A program made the translations under genes and the position numbers. Source: a virus. Taken from it: a stretch of 64,000 nt of DNA. The notes below the pieces were generated by a model. It made no database searches. It was not told where the DNA came from and was given only the letters and a program-made list of their open reading frames with translations. Within the stretch, counting starts at the first letter, position 1. Each line of letters opens with the position of its first letter. Below are positions 28,625 through 40,305 of this stretch, one piece after another. The stretch is from IMG/VR virus record IMGVR_UViG_3300036770_003135, positions 1-64,000 of that record. One strand, 5' to 3'.

Positions 28625-31600
28625 TTAATCAGTTATAACATTAAAGTTTATCCATTTAGTTGCAAATCTATCCCAAGCAGTTTTACCCTTTTTTAGACCA
28701 AAATAAAAATGAAATGGTGCACCAACAGTTATTGTTCTACCTAATGGAGTGTTCAAGTTAATTGTTGTAACATCAATTGAATACTCCCCATTATTTTCTT
28801 GATAAATATAACCTTTATAATTTATACTATTCAGTGAATTATTACTCCTAAAATATCTTGATGTAGAATTAATCCTATCTAAAGATTGGTATGGGTATTG
28901 GAAAAAAGATATACCATCTAATTTATCCGTAAACCAATTATTCTTTTGTGAACCAAAAATACTATCGTCTGTATTTAAATCATTTGAATCAATATTCCAT
29001 TGGTAGAATGGAACTATTTGGGTGAAAACATTAATACTACTCAAAGAACAACTATTAGTTATTGGTAGATTTTCATTAATTATCGTTCTCCTTGGTGAAA
29101 TAAAATCTCTAATTTGAGTATCGGATGAAAAAAATATTCCTATTATTGCATCTGAACTTTCCGCATTATTAAAGTAAATTGGATCCTGAGATGGATTAGG
29201 TCTTGCAGGATAATTTTCTGGTTCAAAATCTGAAATACCTAACTCAGATGTAATTGATATTAATTGTGCGTAATCACCATCAACAAACCTTTTACCTCTC
29301 TTATTGAAAAAAGTATTAATACTTGCCCCATTTGTACCAAACAATAATGCTAAATAACTCGTATTTACTAATCTACTTATAATGAAAAGATTTAGAATAT
29401 CAGACACATCAGTATAAGTCGTTCCTTTTAATTGATTAACAACATAACCATCAAATTCATCAGACATAACTAATTCTTGAATATATTCAGACCTTGGTCC
29501 TAAATCCATCATAGTTGTTGGGAAATTTAAATGTCTAATATTTCCACCATATGAACCAAAAAGTCCTTCTAATGGTGCTCTACGTCTTGGTGCACCAATA
29601 AAACCAACACCCATTTTATAAGGACTTGACCTATAATAGAAATTGTTTGTTGGATGTAATATCATTGTATTTTTACAATACAAACTATAAGGTTGATTTG
29701 CTTGATTGATATTATTTGTTAATGGTGAAGTAAAAAATCTATCATTTTTAAAGGCAAAAGCGTATAAAGTACCATTCACCCAATTATTAGTAAAAATATG
29801 TGACCATACATTTCTACAAGCCCCAAAAGTTATTTTAGTTCTAGATGTCCATTCAGATAACAATCTAAAATCTTTAAAGAGTGATAAAAATATTTTTGAA
29901 ACTAAAACATAACATCCATTTTTCATTATTTTACGTCCACCAAAAGAATAACAATTATCCGTATTTGGTAATACTGATATTTCACCATTATTAGAATCAT
30001 AACATTCAAGCGGAATTAAATTTGGACATTGAAATGTTTTAATTACATTATCACCGATTGGTGCTTGAGTGTTACTATCCCCTGGGTCTTCTCCAACATC
30101 ATTAGATATTGTTTGATTATTTTGTGAGGTTGATACAACACCATCTTCACTAAACAAAAATACCGCAAATCTGTCATTGGTGTGTAATGGGAAATAATTA
30201 TCTAATGATGACGAAAGTGATGTTGATGTTGGTAACCTATCAGTTCGCATAACAATCTGTCTTCCAGATGAACCTGGTGTTGTTGGATATGTAAAAGTTA
30301 TATTGTATTTTGGTGAATAATAATAACCAACAAATCTTGGTGACCTACTACCCCCACAAAGTCCTATTGGTTGCCAATAAAGAAAAGGACCCCAAGGACC
30401 TTGGAACATATATGAACCACCATCTACTATTTCTCCTTGGAAATACCCTCTGTTATTATTTGATGTTAACGATTTATTTGGTGTTGGTGAGTAATAAATA
30501 CATGTAATATTGTATTGGTCAAACTGCCAAGAAAAACCATTCTGATAGTTTGCTGTAATACTAGGACCCGTAGGTGGTGCAGTTGTAATAGGTGCAATTC
30601 TAACTCTAACACCAAATGTTGGGTTTATTTCACTAACTTGATCAAGAGTTGGTCTAGATAATGATGGTCTATATGTTTGTGTAGAAAAGTCTAAACTACT
30701 ATAATATGATGGTAAAGAAGTTGTAAATCCACTAAATTCATCACCTGGCTCAAAATGATATGAATTATAATATAATTGACCTAATGTAGTTGTATTTGTT
30801 AAATTTGATGATAAACTATTATGTCTTACTGGTTTATATGCACCTTGAATTGGTATATTAAGTTTATAATTATTGCCAGTAACAACAACTTGACCCCAAC
30901 TCTTACCAAATAATTTACTTAAGTCATATTTAACTTCACCCTTTGTTGAATACGGGTCAACTCCTCTAATCAAGAAACAAATTACTTGATTACTATAATC
31001 ATTAAAATTAGTAATAGGGGTTTCTGGATAATAACCACTATTAGTTATAGTTCCGTTAGCATTAATTCTGTAAAAAAACATTACGTTACTCAAATACCTT
31101 GAATTAAATGTCAATGGGTCAGAATTATTACATTGAGTAACAAACTGACTATACGTCATAGCAGTAATAACTTGATAATATTCAATATCAATTGGAAATT
31201 TGGCATATTCAACATCATTAGTTCCTTGTGTTATGTTATATGTTGTCGCAGTATAAGTACCACTTCCATTAGGGTGTGCAAATTGGACTGTAATTGTTGA
31301 TAAACCATTATTAATGGTTGTTCCAGTTATACTTGATGTACCATAAACATTTAATGAAGTATTACCTGTTAAATTAGGGTCACCTGAAAGTAACGGGTCT
31401 TGGAATGAAACGATTTGACCTGGTACTAATTCAGACAATTTACTAGGTAAACAAGATATTGCTAAAACATTATCATAATGAAATTTATTACTATTTTGAG
31501 TAGGTCTAAAACTAGTTCTAATACGATTATACCCACCCCCAGGATTATTACCTTGTGGATTATTTATAGGATCAGTAATTACATTATCAAAATATTTTGC

Positions 31601-33736
31601 TTTAACATTAAATAAATTTAATCTTTCACCCAATGTTAAGCTTGAAGTCCCAAAAGTATCTCCATCAAATACAAAAGAATTTGGTACTGGTGTTAATTCA
31701 TTTGGGGGGTCATTAAAACCTATACCACTTATTAATTGTTGTAAGTTATTAGTTAAATCAGAATCAGCATTTGTAATACCTGAATATAAAACTGATGTGG
31801 TATATGGTGATAAATAAGCATTTAGATTAGCGTCTTCAATCGCTTCATTTAGATTATCACCTGTAACTTCTTGTGTGACTTCAGATTGGTCTGACGCTGG
31901 TATTGATTCAGGTTCACCGCAATTACAAAGTTCACAATCTGGATATGTTAAATTTGGTATTTTTAAACTTGTAAAATATTTGTACAACGTCAAAAGTGTT
32001 TTAATGGTATTACCATAATCCTCTCCAGTTGGACAATTAACTCTAAAACCAATAGAACGAGCAAATCTACAAAGTAAAATGAATATTCCAAATATTATAG
32101 AATAAATTAAAGCTAAAATGGGACCGATTAAAAAAATAACAAAGGCTAAAATATGAACAACAATTAATAATATATTAATTGTTGGATTAAATACTACCAT
32201 CATTAACACAAACAATAGATAAACTATATCAAATCTTTGAATGGAATCATTCGTTGGGAATTTATTATTATCACTTTCACAACTTTCATCCAATATATTT
32301 TTGATTGATATTGTTCTGTTTGGTAAATAACCTCCTCTAAATTGGTCAATTAATTGAGATACTGTGTAAACTTTATTAAACGACATCAAATAGAACCTAT
32401 CTTGACAATCAATAGCTTCTTGAATCATTGTTAAACCTTGACTCGTACCACTATAACCATAATCATTCCAATCTAAACTAAAACTATATGAATTTATAGC
32501 ATATAAATTTTGTAAAGAAGACACAGGGTCAATCAATGGGTCATCATCATTATTAGTCCATCCGTATTCCTTAATATTTGGTACTAAAAAATAACCTCGT
32601 TTGAGTGTTTCTGATAATTTTGGAGATTGATTCCATTTAATTTTAAATCTATATTTCCCTTTAGTAGGTATTCCTTTTTTGGGGTCATCAGATAAAATTC
32701 TTTCACCAAATTCATTTGTTACTACATAATCTAAATTCATTGGGACATCAACCAACCATGTACCATTATCATCAATAACTTGGCCACCTTGGTCTAAATC
32801 AAATAATTCTAATATAGGTCTACCTAATTCGTCATTAAAAATTGTTTGTCTAATTGCTAATATTTCACCAGGACTTGTTACCAAATTACATAATTCACCT
32901 TGTCTTGTTTTAGGTTTACAATTTCTAGCCAAGAATTGCGTATCTGTTGATGAAAATATTGACCCCATAAAAATTGCGGTTGGGGTAATATTAATTGTTG
33001 CTTCAGCCGTTAAATCTATATCTGTCCTTGTAATACCCACAACACATACTCCTTCTTGACCCCATAATGGTTCAACTTCAACTTTTCGATTAATTGAAAT
33101 AATTTGCGGTAATTCATTAAGATTTGTTGATGACCTAAAAGATGTTCCAGCTACTTGAGCTTCAGTTGCTCTTCCCATCCTAATTAAATCTTGTGGTGAT
33201 AACGAAAATTCCCCAATATCAGATAAATCAACATCAAAATGTAATGTTTGTGTTCCAATTGGGACACCAAAAATCATAAAATCACCACTATCATTAGTTC
33301 TTGCTGTGAACTTATAATATTTATCAAAAACTTCAATATATGCTGGGTTAACTAGAACATCCTCCTTTTCAAAGAATGTTCCAGTTGGTACATGGGTACT
33401 ATATGATTTAATATATGGTAGTAAATTATACCTATAACCATCTTCATTAATATCTGTTGGTGATTTATATGGATATAAATCTAAAATTGTAGGATTTTCT
33501 TCATCTTGAGTAGATAAAGGTATGAAAACGGATACCTTTACATTTGGTACACCAAAACCATTATTTACAGTTACTCTACCAACTACGACACCATAATCCG
33601 AACATTGTCTGGTATAAACTTCACTTTGTAAAAATTTTAATGAAAGTATTTCTAAAAATTCATATTCTTGTTCCAGCTTAACTTGTATTGCCTTATCAAT
33701 ACCGACTTGAGTTCTTATTCTATAAGAATTTGACAT
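28625..33736 (-). CDS. Large baseplate-associated protein (1703 aa) with N-terminal carboxypeptidase-regulatory-like domain and internal hydrophobic segment
   Basis: VVGRV...GVPNVKVSVF...TNDSGDFMIFGVPIG; ~55-aa hydrophobic stretch. Confidence 0.55.
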   Translation of the reverse strand: MSNSYRIRTQVGIDKAIQVKLEQEYEFLEILSLKFLQSEVYTRQCSDYGVVVGRVTVNNGFGVPNVKVSVFIPLSTQDEENPTILDLYPYKSPTDINEDGYRYNLLPYIKSYSTHVPTGTFFEKEDVLVNPAYIEVFDKYYKFTARTNDSGDFMIFGVPIGTQTLHFDVDLSDIGEFSLSPQDLIRMGRATEAQVAGTSFRSSTNLNELPQIISINRKVEVEPLWGQEGVCVVGITRTDIDLTAEATINITPTAIFMGSIFSSTDTQFLARNCKPKTRQGELCNLVTSPGEILAIRQTIFNDELGRPILELFDLDQGGQVIDDNGTWLVDVPMNLDYVVTNEFGERILSDDPKKGIPTKGKYRFKIKWNQSPKLSETLKRGYFLVPNIKEYGWTNNDDDPLIDPVSSLQNLYAINSYSFSLDWNDYGYSGTSQGLTMIQEAIDCQDRFYLMSFNKVYTVSQLIDQFRGGYLPNRTISIKNILDESCESDNNKFPTNDSIQRFDIVYLLFVLMMVVFNPTINILLIVVHILAFVIFLIGPILALIYSIIFGIFILLCRFARSIGFRVNCPTGEDYGNTIKTLLTLYKYFTSLKIPNLTYPDCELCNCGEPESIPASDQSEVTQEVTGDNLNEAIEDANLNAYLSPYTTSVLYSGITNADSDLTNNLQQLISGIGFNDPPNELTPVPNSFVFDGDTFGTSSLTLGERLNLFNVKAKYFDNVITDPINNPQGNNPGGGYNRIRTSFRPTQNSNKFHYDNVLAISCLPSKLSELVPGQIVSFQDPLLSGDPNLTGNTSLNVYGTSSITGTTINNGLSTITVQFAHPNGSGTYTATTYNITQGTNDVEYAKFPIDIEYYQVITAMTYSQFVTQCNNSDPLTFNSRYLSNVMFFYRINANGTITNSGYYPETPITNFNDYSNQVICFLIRGVDPYSTKGEVKYDLSKLFGKSWGQVVVTGNNYKLNIPIQGAYKPVRHNSLSSNLTNTTTLGQLYYNSYHFEPGDEFSGFTTSLPSYYSSLDFSTQTYRPSLSRPTLDQVSEINPTFGVRVRIAPITTAPPTGPSITANYQNGFSWQFDQYNITCIYYSPTPNKSLTSNNNRGYFQGEIVDGGSYMFQGPWGPFLYWQPIGLCGGSRSPRFVGYYYSPKYNITFTYPTTPGSSGRQIVMRTDRLPTSTSLSSSLDNYFPLHTNDRFAVFLFSEDGVVSTSQNNQTISNDVGEDPGDSNTQAPIGDNVIKTFQCPNLIPLECYDSNNGEISVLPNTDNCYSFGGRKIMKNGCYVLVSKIFLSLFKDFRLLSEWTSRTKITFGACRNVWSHIFTNNWVNGTLYAFAFKNDRFFTSPLTNNINQANQPYSLYCKNTMILHPTNNFYYRSSPYKMGVGFIGAPRRRAPLEGLFGSYGGNIRHLNFPTTMMDLGPRSEYIQELVMSDEFDGYVVNQLKGTTYTDVSDILNLFIISRLVNTSYLALLFGTNGASINTFFNKRGKRFVDGDYAQLISITSELGISDFEPENYPARPNPSQDPIYFNNAESSDAIIGIFFSSDTQIRDFISPRRTIINENLPITNSCSLSSINVFTQIVPFYQWNIDSNDLNTDDSIFGSQKNNWFTDKLDGISFFQYPYQSLDRINSTSRYFRSNNSLNSINYKGYIYQENNGEYSIDVTTINLNTPLGRTITVGAPFHFYFGLKKGKTAWDRFATKWINFNVITD

Positions 33737-33811
33737 TTAATATTTTTTTTGATAAATAGTTTATGAACCACTTTCAAAAAAGTATAATACAATAAACAAT
33801 AAAATAAATTA

Positions 33812-35650
33812 TCAACTTATGTTGATATTTGAGAAATTTTGAACTCTAACTGTAATGTCTACCTCTGGAAATCTAACTTGATAAATTTGTGTTGGTGTTG
33901 CAAAAATTGTATCTTGGATTAATTTTATTTCTTTTGTTTCATTGTCTAAATAACTTTGAGAAGTTTGTGATGATGAGTATTGTCCACCAACTTTTCCAAA
34001 TACACGTAAATTTGATATTGTTACAACCCCATTTTCAGATTGAATAAGTCTTTTTATTTCTGATAAATATACATTTTGACCCATTTCTCTAATAGTTGGA
34101 CTCATATATGTACTAATAAGATTAACAATATTACTTATTAATGTCCCTTGGTTTTGAGAATTATCAAAGACAACCCAAACTTCAAAAGCTAAATCTATAA
34201 CACTACCATTTGTAATAACAATATAATCATTTATCATACGATAATTAGATATATAATTAGCAACATTACTTCTAATGGTATTAGATAATGTTTCAGATAA
34301 TCTACCTGTACTATCGTAATTTAATAATTTTATGAAAATTTTATTATTTTCCTCAGTAATTTGAACTTTGGCTGGTGCACCAAATTGACTAGGCATTGTG
34401 TTTATCAGTGAATAATAATCATTAACAGTAACAGCTCTTTGTTGTGCCGCAAAATTATATGTTACATAATTTCTTACTTCTTCAACTGATGGTGGTGGAG
34501 CCCCTCCTATTGCAGCAAATTCGTTTGTACAACTAAGTGAATTTATAACATTAACATTTTCAGTTTGTAATGGTCCATTTACCGCGAAATCAACAGTTCC
34601 AATTTGAGTTATAACATTAACACCCACATTACTTACTAGTCCACCACCTACTCTATATTGTATGAAAAGAGTACTGTTTTCTTTTAAAGTAGAACCTAAT
34701 GAAAAATTATTTGAATATTTATATAAATCTAATTTATATCCATTTCTAGCAAATTCTCTTAATTGTTCGTCTATTGATTGGTTTCCCCCACCAAATGTTA
34801 ATTTTGTAAATCCTTCTGGTGTATACTCAGTTATAAATTTAGTGTTGGTTGTTATATATTTACCGACTTTAATTCCAGCTTGGTCTGAAACTTTAGTTGG
34901 GTCTTCAACAAACACTCTATTTTCAACCAAAGCTCTAACTTCATACCATCGATTTTGGTCACCTAAAAATTCTTGTACACTAGGTACATTAGCATAAGAA
35001 GTCCCATCTTTTAATAAAACTGAAGTAACACCTAAAACATTTTTTTCAGGTAAAAAAACTTCATAAAAAGGTCTGACATTATTTGGCGTTATAACTTTTT
35101 TAAAAACTCTAGTTGAACCATTAATACATGGTTCTTGTTTGACAATAGTATAATTTCTTAAATCTCCTGAAGAATTAAAATTAGGTATTACTAATCTATT
35201 TGAAGTTCCATCTCCTCCTATAGGTGAAGCAAAATCTACATCAAATAATGTTTCAAATATTTGTCCCGCACCATTAACTTGTGAACCTTTTCTTAATATA
35301 CCACAATATCTAATATCTGGAGCGTCACCTAAATTTGGAACAGTTATAGATAGTTTTACTACCGCAACAGATGGTCTTTGTCCAGGAATTTTCAAACCAT
35401 AAGTTCTAGCTATATTATATATTGATGACCTTTGTTGGGCATATTGTAACACGGTTTCTTGGATACTCCTATCTATATTGAATTGTAAATTATCACTGAC
35501 CGCAGCATTTAAATCTAATAATGCTGAAAAAACGGAAGCGTCATTAAAGTTGTCAATCACATCAGGATAATATGTCTTAGTAAAACTAATTAACTCATTA
35601 CGAATTGATTGAAAATCTCTTGTTGTATAGGATATTTTTTTGTTTGCCAT
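33812..35650 (-). CDS. Baseplate wedge protein (T4 gp6/P2 gpJ-like)
   Basis: RDFQSIRNEL..., YRVGGG..SNV, AIGG...EEVR...AQQRAVTVNDY. Confidence 0.85.
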   Translation of the reverse strand: MANKKISYTTRDFQSIRNELISFTKTYYPDVIDNFNDASVFSALLDLNAAVSDNLQFNIDRSIQETVLQYAQQRSSIYNIARTYGLKIPGQRPSVAVVKLSITVPNLGDAPDIRYCGILRKGSQVNGAGQIFETLFDVDFASPIGGDGTSNRLVIPNFNSSGDLRNYTIVKQEPCINGSTRVFKKVITPNNVRPFYEVFLPEKNVLGVTSVLLKDGTSYANVPSVQEFLGDQNRWYEVRALVENRVFVEDPTKVSDQAGIKVGKYITTNTKFITEYTPEGFTKLTFGGGNQSIDEQLREFARNGYKLDLYKYSNNFSLGSTLKENSTLFIQYRVGGGLVSNVGVNVITQIGTVDFAVNGPLQTENVNVINSLSCTNEFAAIGGAPPPSVEEVRNYVTYNFAAQQRAVTVNDYYSLINTMPSQFGAPAKVQITEENNKIFIKLLNYDSTGRLSETLSNTIRSNVANYISNYRMINDYIVITNGSVIDLAFEVWVVFDNSQNQGTLISNIVNLISTYMSPTIREMGQNVYLSEIKRLIQSENGVVTISNLRVFGKVGGQYSSSQTSQSYLDNETKEIKLIQDTIFATPTQIYQVRFPEVDITVRVQNFSNINIS

Positions 35651-35653
35651 AAA

Positions 35654-36112
35654 TTATACATTTATAATTATAAAATCACTTTCTTCAAAAACGGAATCCG
35701 TGATTATGTAATCAATTTTTATTTTTGCAGTATGTTCTAATTCACTTATGTTGTTAACTCTAAATACTCTTTGGTCATTATTATCAATATAAAAACCTTT
35801 ATCCTCTAATCCTTCTGATGCTGGAGTTATGTTAATTTGATTGATTAAAAGATTTGGAATATATTCAGAAACTGAGTCTCTAATTTCAGCTTCTAAATCT
35901 GAAAAAGTAGGCCCATCCAAAGGTTCAAATATATATTCTAATAATCTAGTTCCAAAATTAGGTAAAAAATAACGTGTACCTTTTCTAGTGAGTAATAAAT
36001 GAACTAAATTACTTCTAATTTCTTCATCTGAAGTATCTGATAAATCAAAATATGTTCCCTTAAATGAATCCCTAAATGGGAAATTTATTCCATATGTTTT
36101 TCCATTAGCCAT
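35654..36112 (-). CDS. Baseplate wedge/sheath initiator (T4 gp25-like)
   Basis: IRSNLVHLLLTRKGTRYFLPNFGTRLLEYIFEP. Confidence 0.9.
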   Translation of the reverse strand: MANGKTYGINFPFRDSFKGTYFDLSDTSDEEIRSNLVHLLLTRKGTRYFLPNFGTRLLEYIFEPLDGPTFSDLEAEIRDSVSEYIPNLLINQINITPASEGLEDKGFYIDNNDQRVFRVNNISELEHTAKIKIDYIITDSVFEESDFIIINV

Positions 36113-36158
36113 AATAATAAATATACAACCTAATATTTTTCAATAAATACCATAAAAC

Positions 36159-36186
36159 AAAAAATCACGACATTTTGTCGTGATTT
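36159..36186 (-). terminator. Intrinsic terminator after nrdA
   Basis: 11-bp stem aaatcacgaca/tgtcgtgattt ending in a U-tract on the minus strand. Confidence 0.75.
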
Positions 36187-36192
36187 ATTATT

Positions 36193-38607
36193 TTAAGATG
36201 AACAACCAAAACATTCAAAAGGTGAATCTGTTGGTTTGCTAATTACATCAACGTGCGGTAATGTTGGTGTTACTTTTGGTTTATCTATTTTTGATATATC
36301 TACAGCTAAATGTTTTGCTCCAGTTGATATTGCCTTAGTTCTCACATAATAGCACAATGTTTTTAATCCTTTTTGCCAAGCGTGGAAATGTGATGAAGTA
36401 ATCTTTGACAATGTTGGGTTACCCATGTAGATATTCATTGATTGTGATTGGTCAATAAAAGGACCTCTATCTGCCGCCATATCAATCAATTCTCTTTGTG
36501 ATATTTCCCATATTGTTTTATACTTCTTCATCAAATGTTCAATCCTTTTAACTTTGAAGTTGTATTTTTTATCTTCTGGGTCTAAATAATTGTTGAAGTT
36601 TATATTTTGAATTGAACCCTCATTTAGAATGATTTCATTTTTCAAATCTTCACCCCAAATTCCAAGTTTCTCAAAGTCAGCAATTAGATATTTGTTAACA
36701 ATCATAATCTCACCACCGACTACTCTTCGATTAAAGATTGCTGAATGTGCTGGTTCAGTCATTTCATAAGAACCTGTTATCTTGGCCGAACTTGCAACTG
36801 GCATCTGTGCTGTAAATAATGAATTACATATACCATAATTTTTAACATTTTCTTTCAAATCATTCCAATTCCATCTTCCAGATAAATCTGATTCTGTTAA
36901 TCCCCACATATCAAATTGGAATATACCTTTTGACATTGGTGAACCTTTAAAATATTCATACTTTTGATATTCTTCATCATAAGCCAATTTATTACTCTCA
37001 CTAATTGCAGCGTAATAAATTGTTTCAAATATTTCTTTATTCAATTTCTTAGCTTCTTCTGATGTAAACTCATAATCCATTAGATAGAATACATCGGCTA
37101 AACCTTGAGTTCCTATGGCGATTGCTCTTTGTTCTCTACCACCTTTTTCACCCTTATTCGTTGAATAATTGTTAATATCAACAACTTTGTTCAAAGCTCT
37201 CACTACTTTACAAGTTTCGTTATAAAGTTCTTCAAAATCAAATTGTCCATCGTGTACAAAGTTCTTTAATACCATTGAAGATAGGGTACAGATTGCTGTA
37301 GTTTTTTCATCAGTATATTGATAAATCTCATTACAAAGATTTGATTGTTTAATTACACCAATGTTTTGATGATTTGTCTTTTTATTAGCATTATCTTTAG
37401 AACATAGATATGGAACACCTGTCTCAATCTGAGATTCAATAACTTTAGTCCAAACATCTTGAGCTTTTATCTTTTTACCCAATCCCATACGTACAGCCTC
37501 ATTATAAACATTCTCATACTCATCACCATAAACTTCTTGTAGTGCGGGTAATCCAGCCTTTTTAATGTCATTAGGACAAAATAAATACCAATCACCATTT
37601 TCTCTTACAGCCTTCATAAAGTTATCAGGTATCCATAAAGCAGTGAACAAATCTCTTGCTCTTAGTTCTTCAGCACCTGTGTTCTTTTTGATTTCCAATA
37701 AATCAATGATGTCCTTATGCCAAGGTTCAAGATATATAGCTGCAGAACCTGGTCTTCTACCTTGTTGATTAAAGAATCTTAATGACTCGTTAACAATCTT
37801 TAGATATTTTAATAATCCACCAGCAAAACCACCTGATGTTGATAATCTACTTTCTTTACTTCTGATATTAGACATACAAAGTCCAATACCAGCAGCATCA
37901 GCTGAATAAGTGGAAATATCAGTCATTGTATTCAATAATCCTTCTCTTGAATCTTCATCATTATAATGTAACACACAAGATGCCAATTGAGGTATCTTTG
38001 TACCAGAATTAATCATAATTGGTGTTGCTGGAGAAATAAGTTGATTTGATAATGACTTGTAGTATTCTACAGCTTCTTCAAATGATTTTGTAACCCATAA
38101 AGCAACCCTCATATACATATGTTGAGGTCTTTCAATTGTAACTCCATGTGGTGTTTTAAGAAGATACATTTCATATAATGACCTCCAAGCAAAATAATCA
38201 AAGTTATAATCATTCTCGTGATTGATTACACTATCAATATTAGAAGCACCATAACTTTCAATAGTTTCCATTAACTTATCATTAATTACACCTTCAATAT
38301 GTAAGTAGTGCATTGTGTTAGAGAAACTTTCACTAGTTTCTTTATGATATGATGATATAGCAACAGAGGAAGCCAACCTCGAATAATCGTGATGACTTCC
38401 AGTATACGATGCCGCAATTTCATAAATCAACTTATCAAGTTGTTTGGTTGAAATTACCCCCTCAGTTGGTACTGAGGTGATAACTTTAATGAATATTTGG
38501 TCAGAATTAACATTTAGGTTTTTACTTGCTCGTTTAATTCTTGTTTGTATTTTTGTGGGGTTAAATGATACCACTTCCCCATTTCTTTTTTGAATTCTTA
38601 ATGACAT
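36193..38607 (-). CDS. nrdA: Ribonucleotide reductase class Ia alpha subunit with ATP cone
   Basis: IQKRNG ATP cone, ATP..NSG, SNLCNEI, MPVASS, KTLCYY, C-terminal CFGCSS. Confidence 0.97.
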   Translation of the reverse strand: MSLRIQKRNGEVVSFNPTKIQTRIKRASKNLNVNSDQIFIKVITSVPTEGVISTKQLDKLIYEIAASYTGSHHDYSRLASSVAISSYHKETSESFSNTMHYLHIEGVINDKLMETIESYGASNIDSVINHENDYNFDYFAWRSLYEMYLLKTPHGVTIERPQHMYMRVALWVTKSFEEAVEYYKSLSNQLISPATPIMINSGTKIPQLASCVLHYNDEDSREGLLNTMTDISTYSADAAGIGLCMSNIRSKESRLSTSGGFAGGLLKYLKIVNESLRFFNQQGRRPGSAAIYLEPWHKDIIDLLEIKKNTGAEELRARDLFTALWIPDNFMKAVRENGDWYLFCPNDIKKAGLPALQEVYGDEYENVYNEAVRMGLGKKIKAQDVWTKVIESQIETGVPYLCSKDNANKKTNHQNIGVIKQSNLCNEIYQYTDEKTTAICTLSSMVLKNFVHDGQFDFEELYNETCKVVRALNKVVDINNYSTNKGEKGGREQRAIAIGTQGLADVFYLMDYEFTSEEAKKLNKEIFETIYYAAISESNKLAYDEEYQKYEYFKGSPMSKGIFQFDMWGLTESDLSGRWNWNDLKENVKNYGICNSLFTAQMPVASSAKITGSYEMTEPAHSAIFNRRVVGGEIMIVNKYLIADFEKLGIWGEDLKNEIILNEGSIQNINFNNYLDPEDKKYNFKVKRIEHLMKKYKTIWEISQRELIDMAADRGPFIDQSQSMNIYMGNPTLSKITSSHFHAWQKGLKTLCYYVRTKAISTGAKHLAVDISKIDKPKVTPTLPHVDVISKPTDSPFECFGCSS

Positions 38608-38617
38608 AGTTATAATT

Positions 38618-39568
38618 TTAAAAATCGTCTGTAAATGAAATCGTTTCGTTCAATTTAGCTTTTTGGTATTCCATTGTTCTTGATTCAAAGAAATTACCCT
38701 TTGTTTCAACCGCAATTTGTTCCATAAACTTGAATGGTTGTTCAACATTGAAATGTTTACTACATCCCATCTTTATTAGTAACCCATCAACTACAAATTC
38801 TAAATATTGTTTCATTAGATTTGAGTTCATTCCGATTAGAGAAACTGGTAAAGATTCTGTGATAAATTCCTTTTCAATTTCCAAAGCTGACAATAGAATT
38901 TCTTTAATTCTTTTTTCACTTGGTTTATTTTCAACGTGATTATTCAATAAATGAATTGCGAAATCACAATGTAAGTTTTCATCTTTAAAAATCAATGAAT
39001 TAGCATTACAAAGTCCTTGCATCACACCTCTTGATTTCAACCAAAAAATTGAACAAAATGAACCTGAGAAAAATATACCTTCAACAGCAGCAAAAGCAAC
39101 CAATCTTTCTTGAAAAGATGCTTTCTCAATCCAATCCAACGCCCATTTGGCTTTCTTTTGAACTGCGGGTAATCTATCAATAGCATTGAAACACTCGTCT
39201 TTTTCTTTTGGATTTGATATGTAAGTATCAATTAATAAAGAATACATTAAAGAATGGATATTTTCCATCATTAATTGAAATCCGTAAAAGAATTTTGCTT
39301 CAGGGTATTGAACTTCCCTATAAAAGTTCTCAGCCAAGTTCTCATTGACAATTCCATCAGATGCTGCAAAGAATGACAATATGTTCTTAATGAAATATTG
39401 TTCGTTCTCTGACAAGTTCTGCCACTCTCTGATATCACCAGTCAAGTCAACCTCTTCTGCAGTCCAAAATGCCGCTTGGTGTTGTTTATAGAATTCCCAA
39501 ATATCATTGTATTGAATGGGGAATATCACAAAACGATTTGGGTTAATTGTTAAAATTCTTTCTTTCAT
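38618..39568 (-). CDS. nrdB: Ribonucleotide reductase class Ia beta subunit
   Basis: [45 protein letters not shown]. Confidence 0.97.
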   Translation of the reverse strand: MKERILTINPNRFVIFPIQYNDIWEFYKQHQAAFWTAEEVDLTGDIREWQNLSENEQYFIKNILSFFAASDGIVNENLAENFYREVQYPEAKFFYGFQLMMENIHSLMYSLLIDTYISNPKEKDECFNAIDRLPAVQKKAKWALDWIEKASFQERLVAFAAVEGIFFSGSFCSIFWLKSRGVMQGLCNANSLIFKDENLHCDFAIHLLNNHVENKPSEKRIKEILLSALEIEKEFITESLPVSLIGMNSNLMKQYLEFVVDGLLIKMGCSKHFNVEQPFKFMEQIAVETKGNFFESRTMEYQKAKLNETISFTDDF

Positions 39569-39582
39569 TTTTTAAATTAATT

Positions 39583-40305
39583 TTATAAATATTTCCATTT
39601 AAATCCACCACAATAGTTTCTAATACCCCTACAAACCATTGTAATATTTCCTTTATTTTTAATATTATTTTCTTTTGATGCAATCTCAAGAGATTCGTAA
39701 ATTTCAATTACATTATCAGTTATAATATCAATTTTTGCTACACGCCTAACATTTTTGGCAATTTTATTTTTATACGGACTATTTTGACTTATTTTCATTT
39801 TATGTTCATCTGAAAGTTTTTTACCTTTAAGTGATTCACTAATATTTTTTTTAGTATTTTCACTCCTTTTTTTTCCAAGACCTGAAATACCAATTTTCTT
39901 TTTATGTTCATCACTAAGTTTCTTACCTTTCCAAAAATTATGTTTACCTAAGTTACTTTCAGAAATTTTTTTTCTAGTTTCTAAAGAAGGTACATAATTT
40001 AAATTGGATTCACCACCATCTGACAAATTTAGTAATTTTTCATTTTTTCTATAAAATCTTATCCAAAAAATTTCTTTTTCTACCCATTCTTTATCATCAG
40101 TTTCTTCAATCAAAACTACTTTAGGTTTTTTACCATCATCTAATAATTTTTTTATCCATAAATACAAAGGCCGTTTAACTTTTCTTTTACTCAAATAAAT
40201 GTGTTGATTTAATCTTTCTTGAATTTTTTTCTTTGTTTTACCAACATACCTAATTAATTGGGGTTCTTCAGAATCGTAAATACCATAAATAAAAATTTTT
40301 TCCAT
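39583..40305 (-). CDS. GIY-YIG homing endonuclease with NUMOD3/NUMOD1-type DNA-binding repeats
   Basis: IYGI...RYVGKT...RLNQH...E..WI...LLN; repeated KLSDEHKxKI; C-terminal GGFKWKY. Confidence 0.85.
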   Translation of the reverse strand: MEKIFIYGIYDSEEPQLIRYVGKTKKKIQERLNQHIYLSKRKVKRPLYLWIKKLLDDGKKPKVVLIEETDDKEWVEKEIFWIRFYRKNEKLLNLSDGGESNLNYVPSLETRKKISESNLGKHNFWKGKKLSDEHKKKIGISGLGKKRSENTKKNISESLKGKKLSDEHKMKISQNSPYKNKIAKNVRRVAKIDIITDNVIEIYESLEIASKENNIKNKGNITMVCRGIRNYCGGFKWKYL

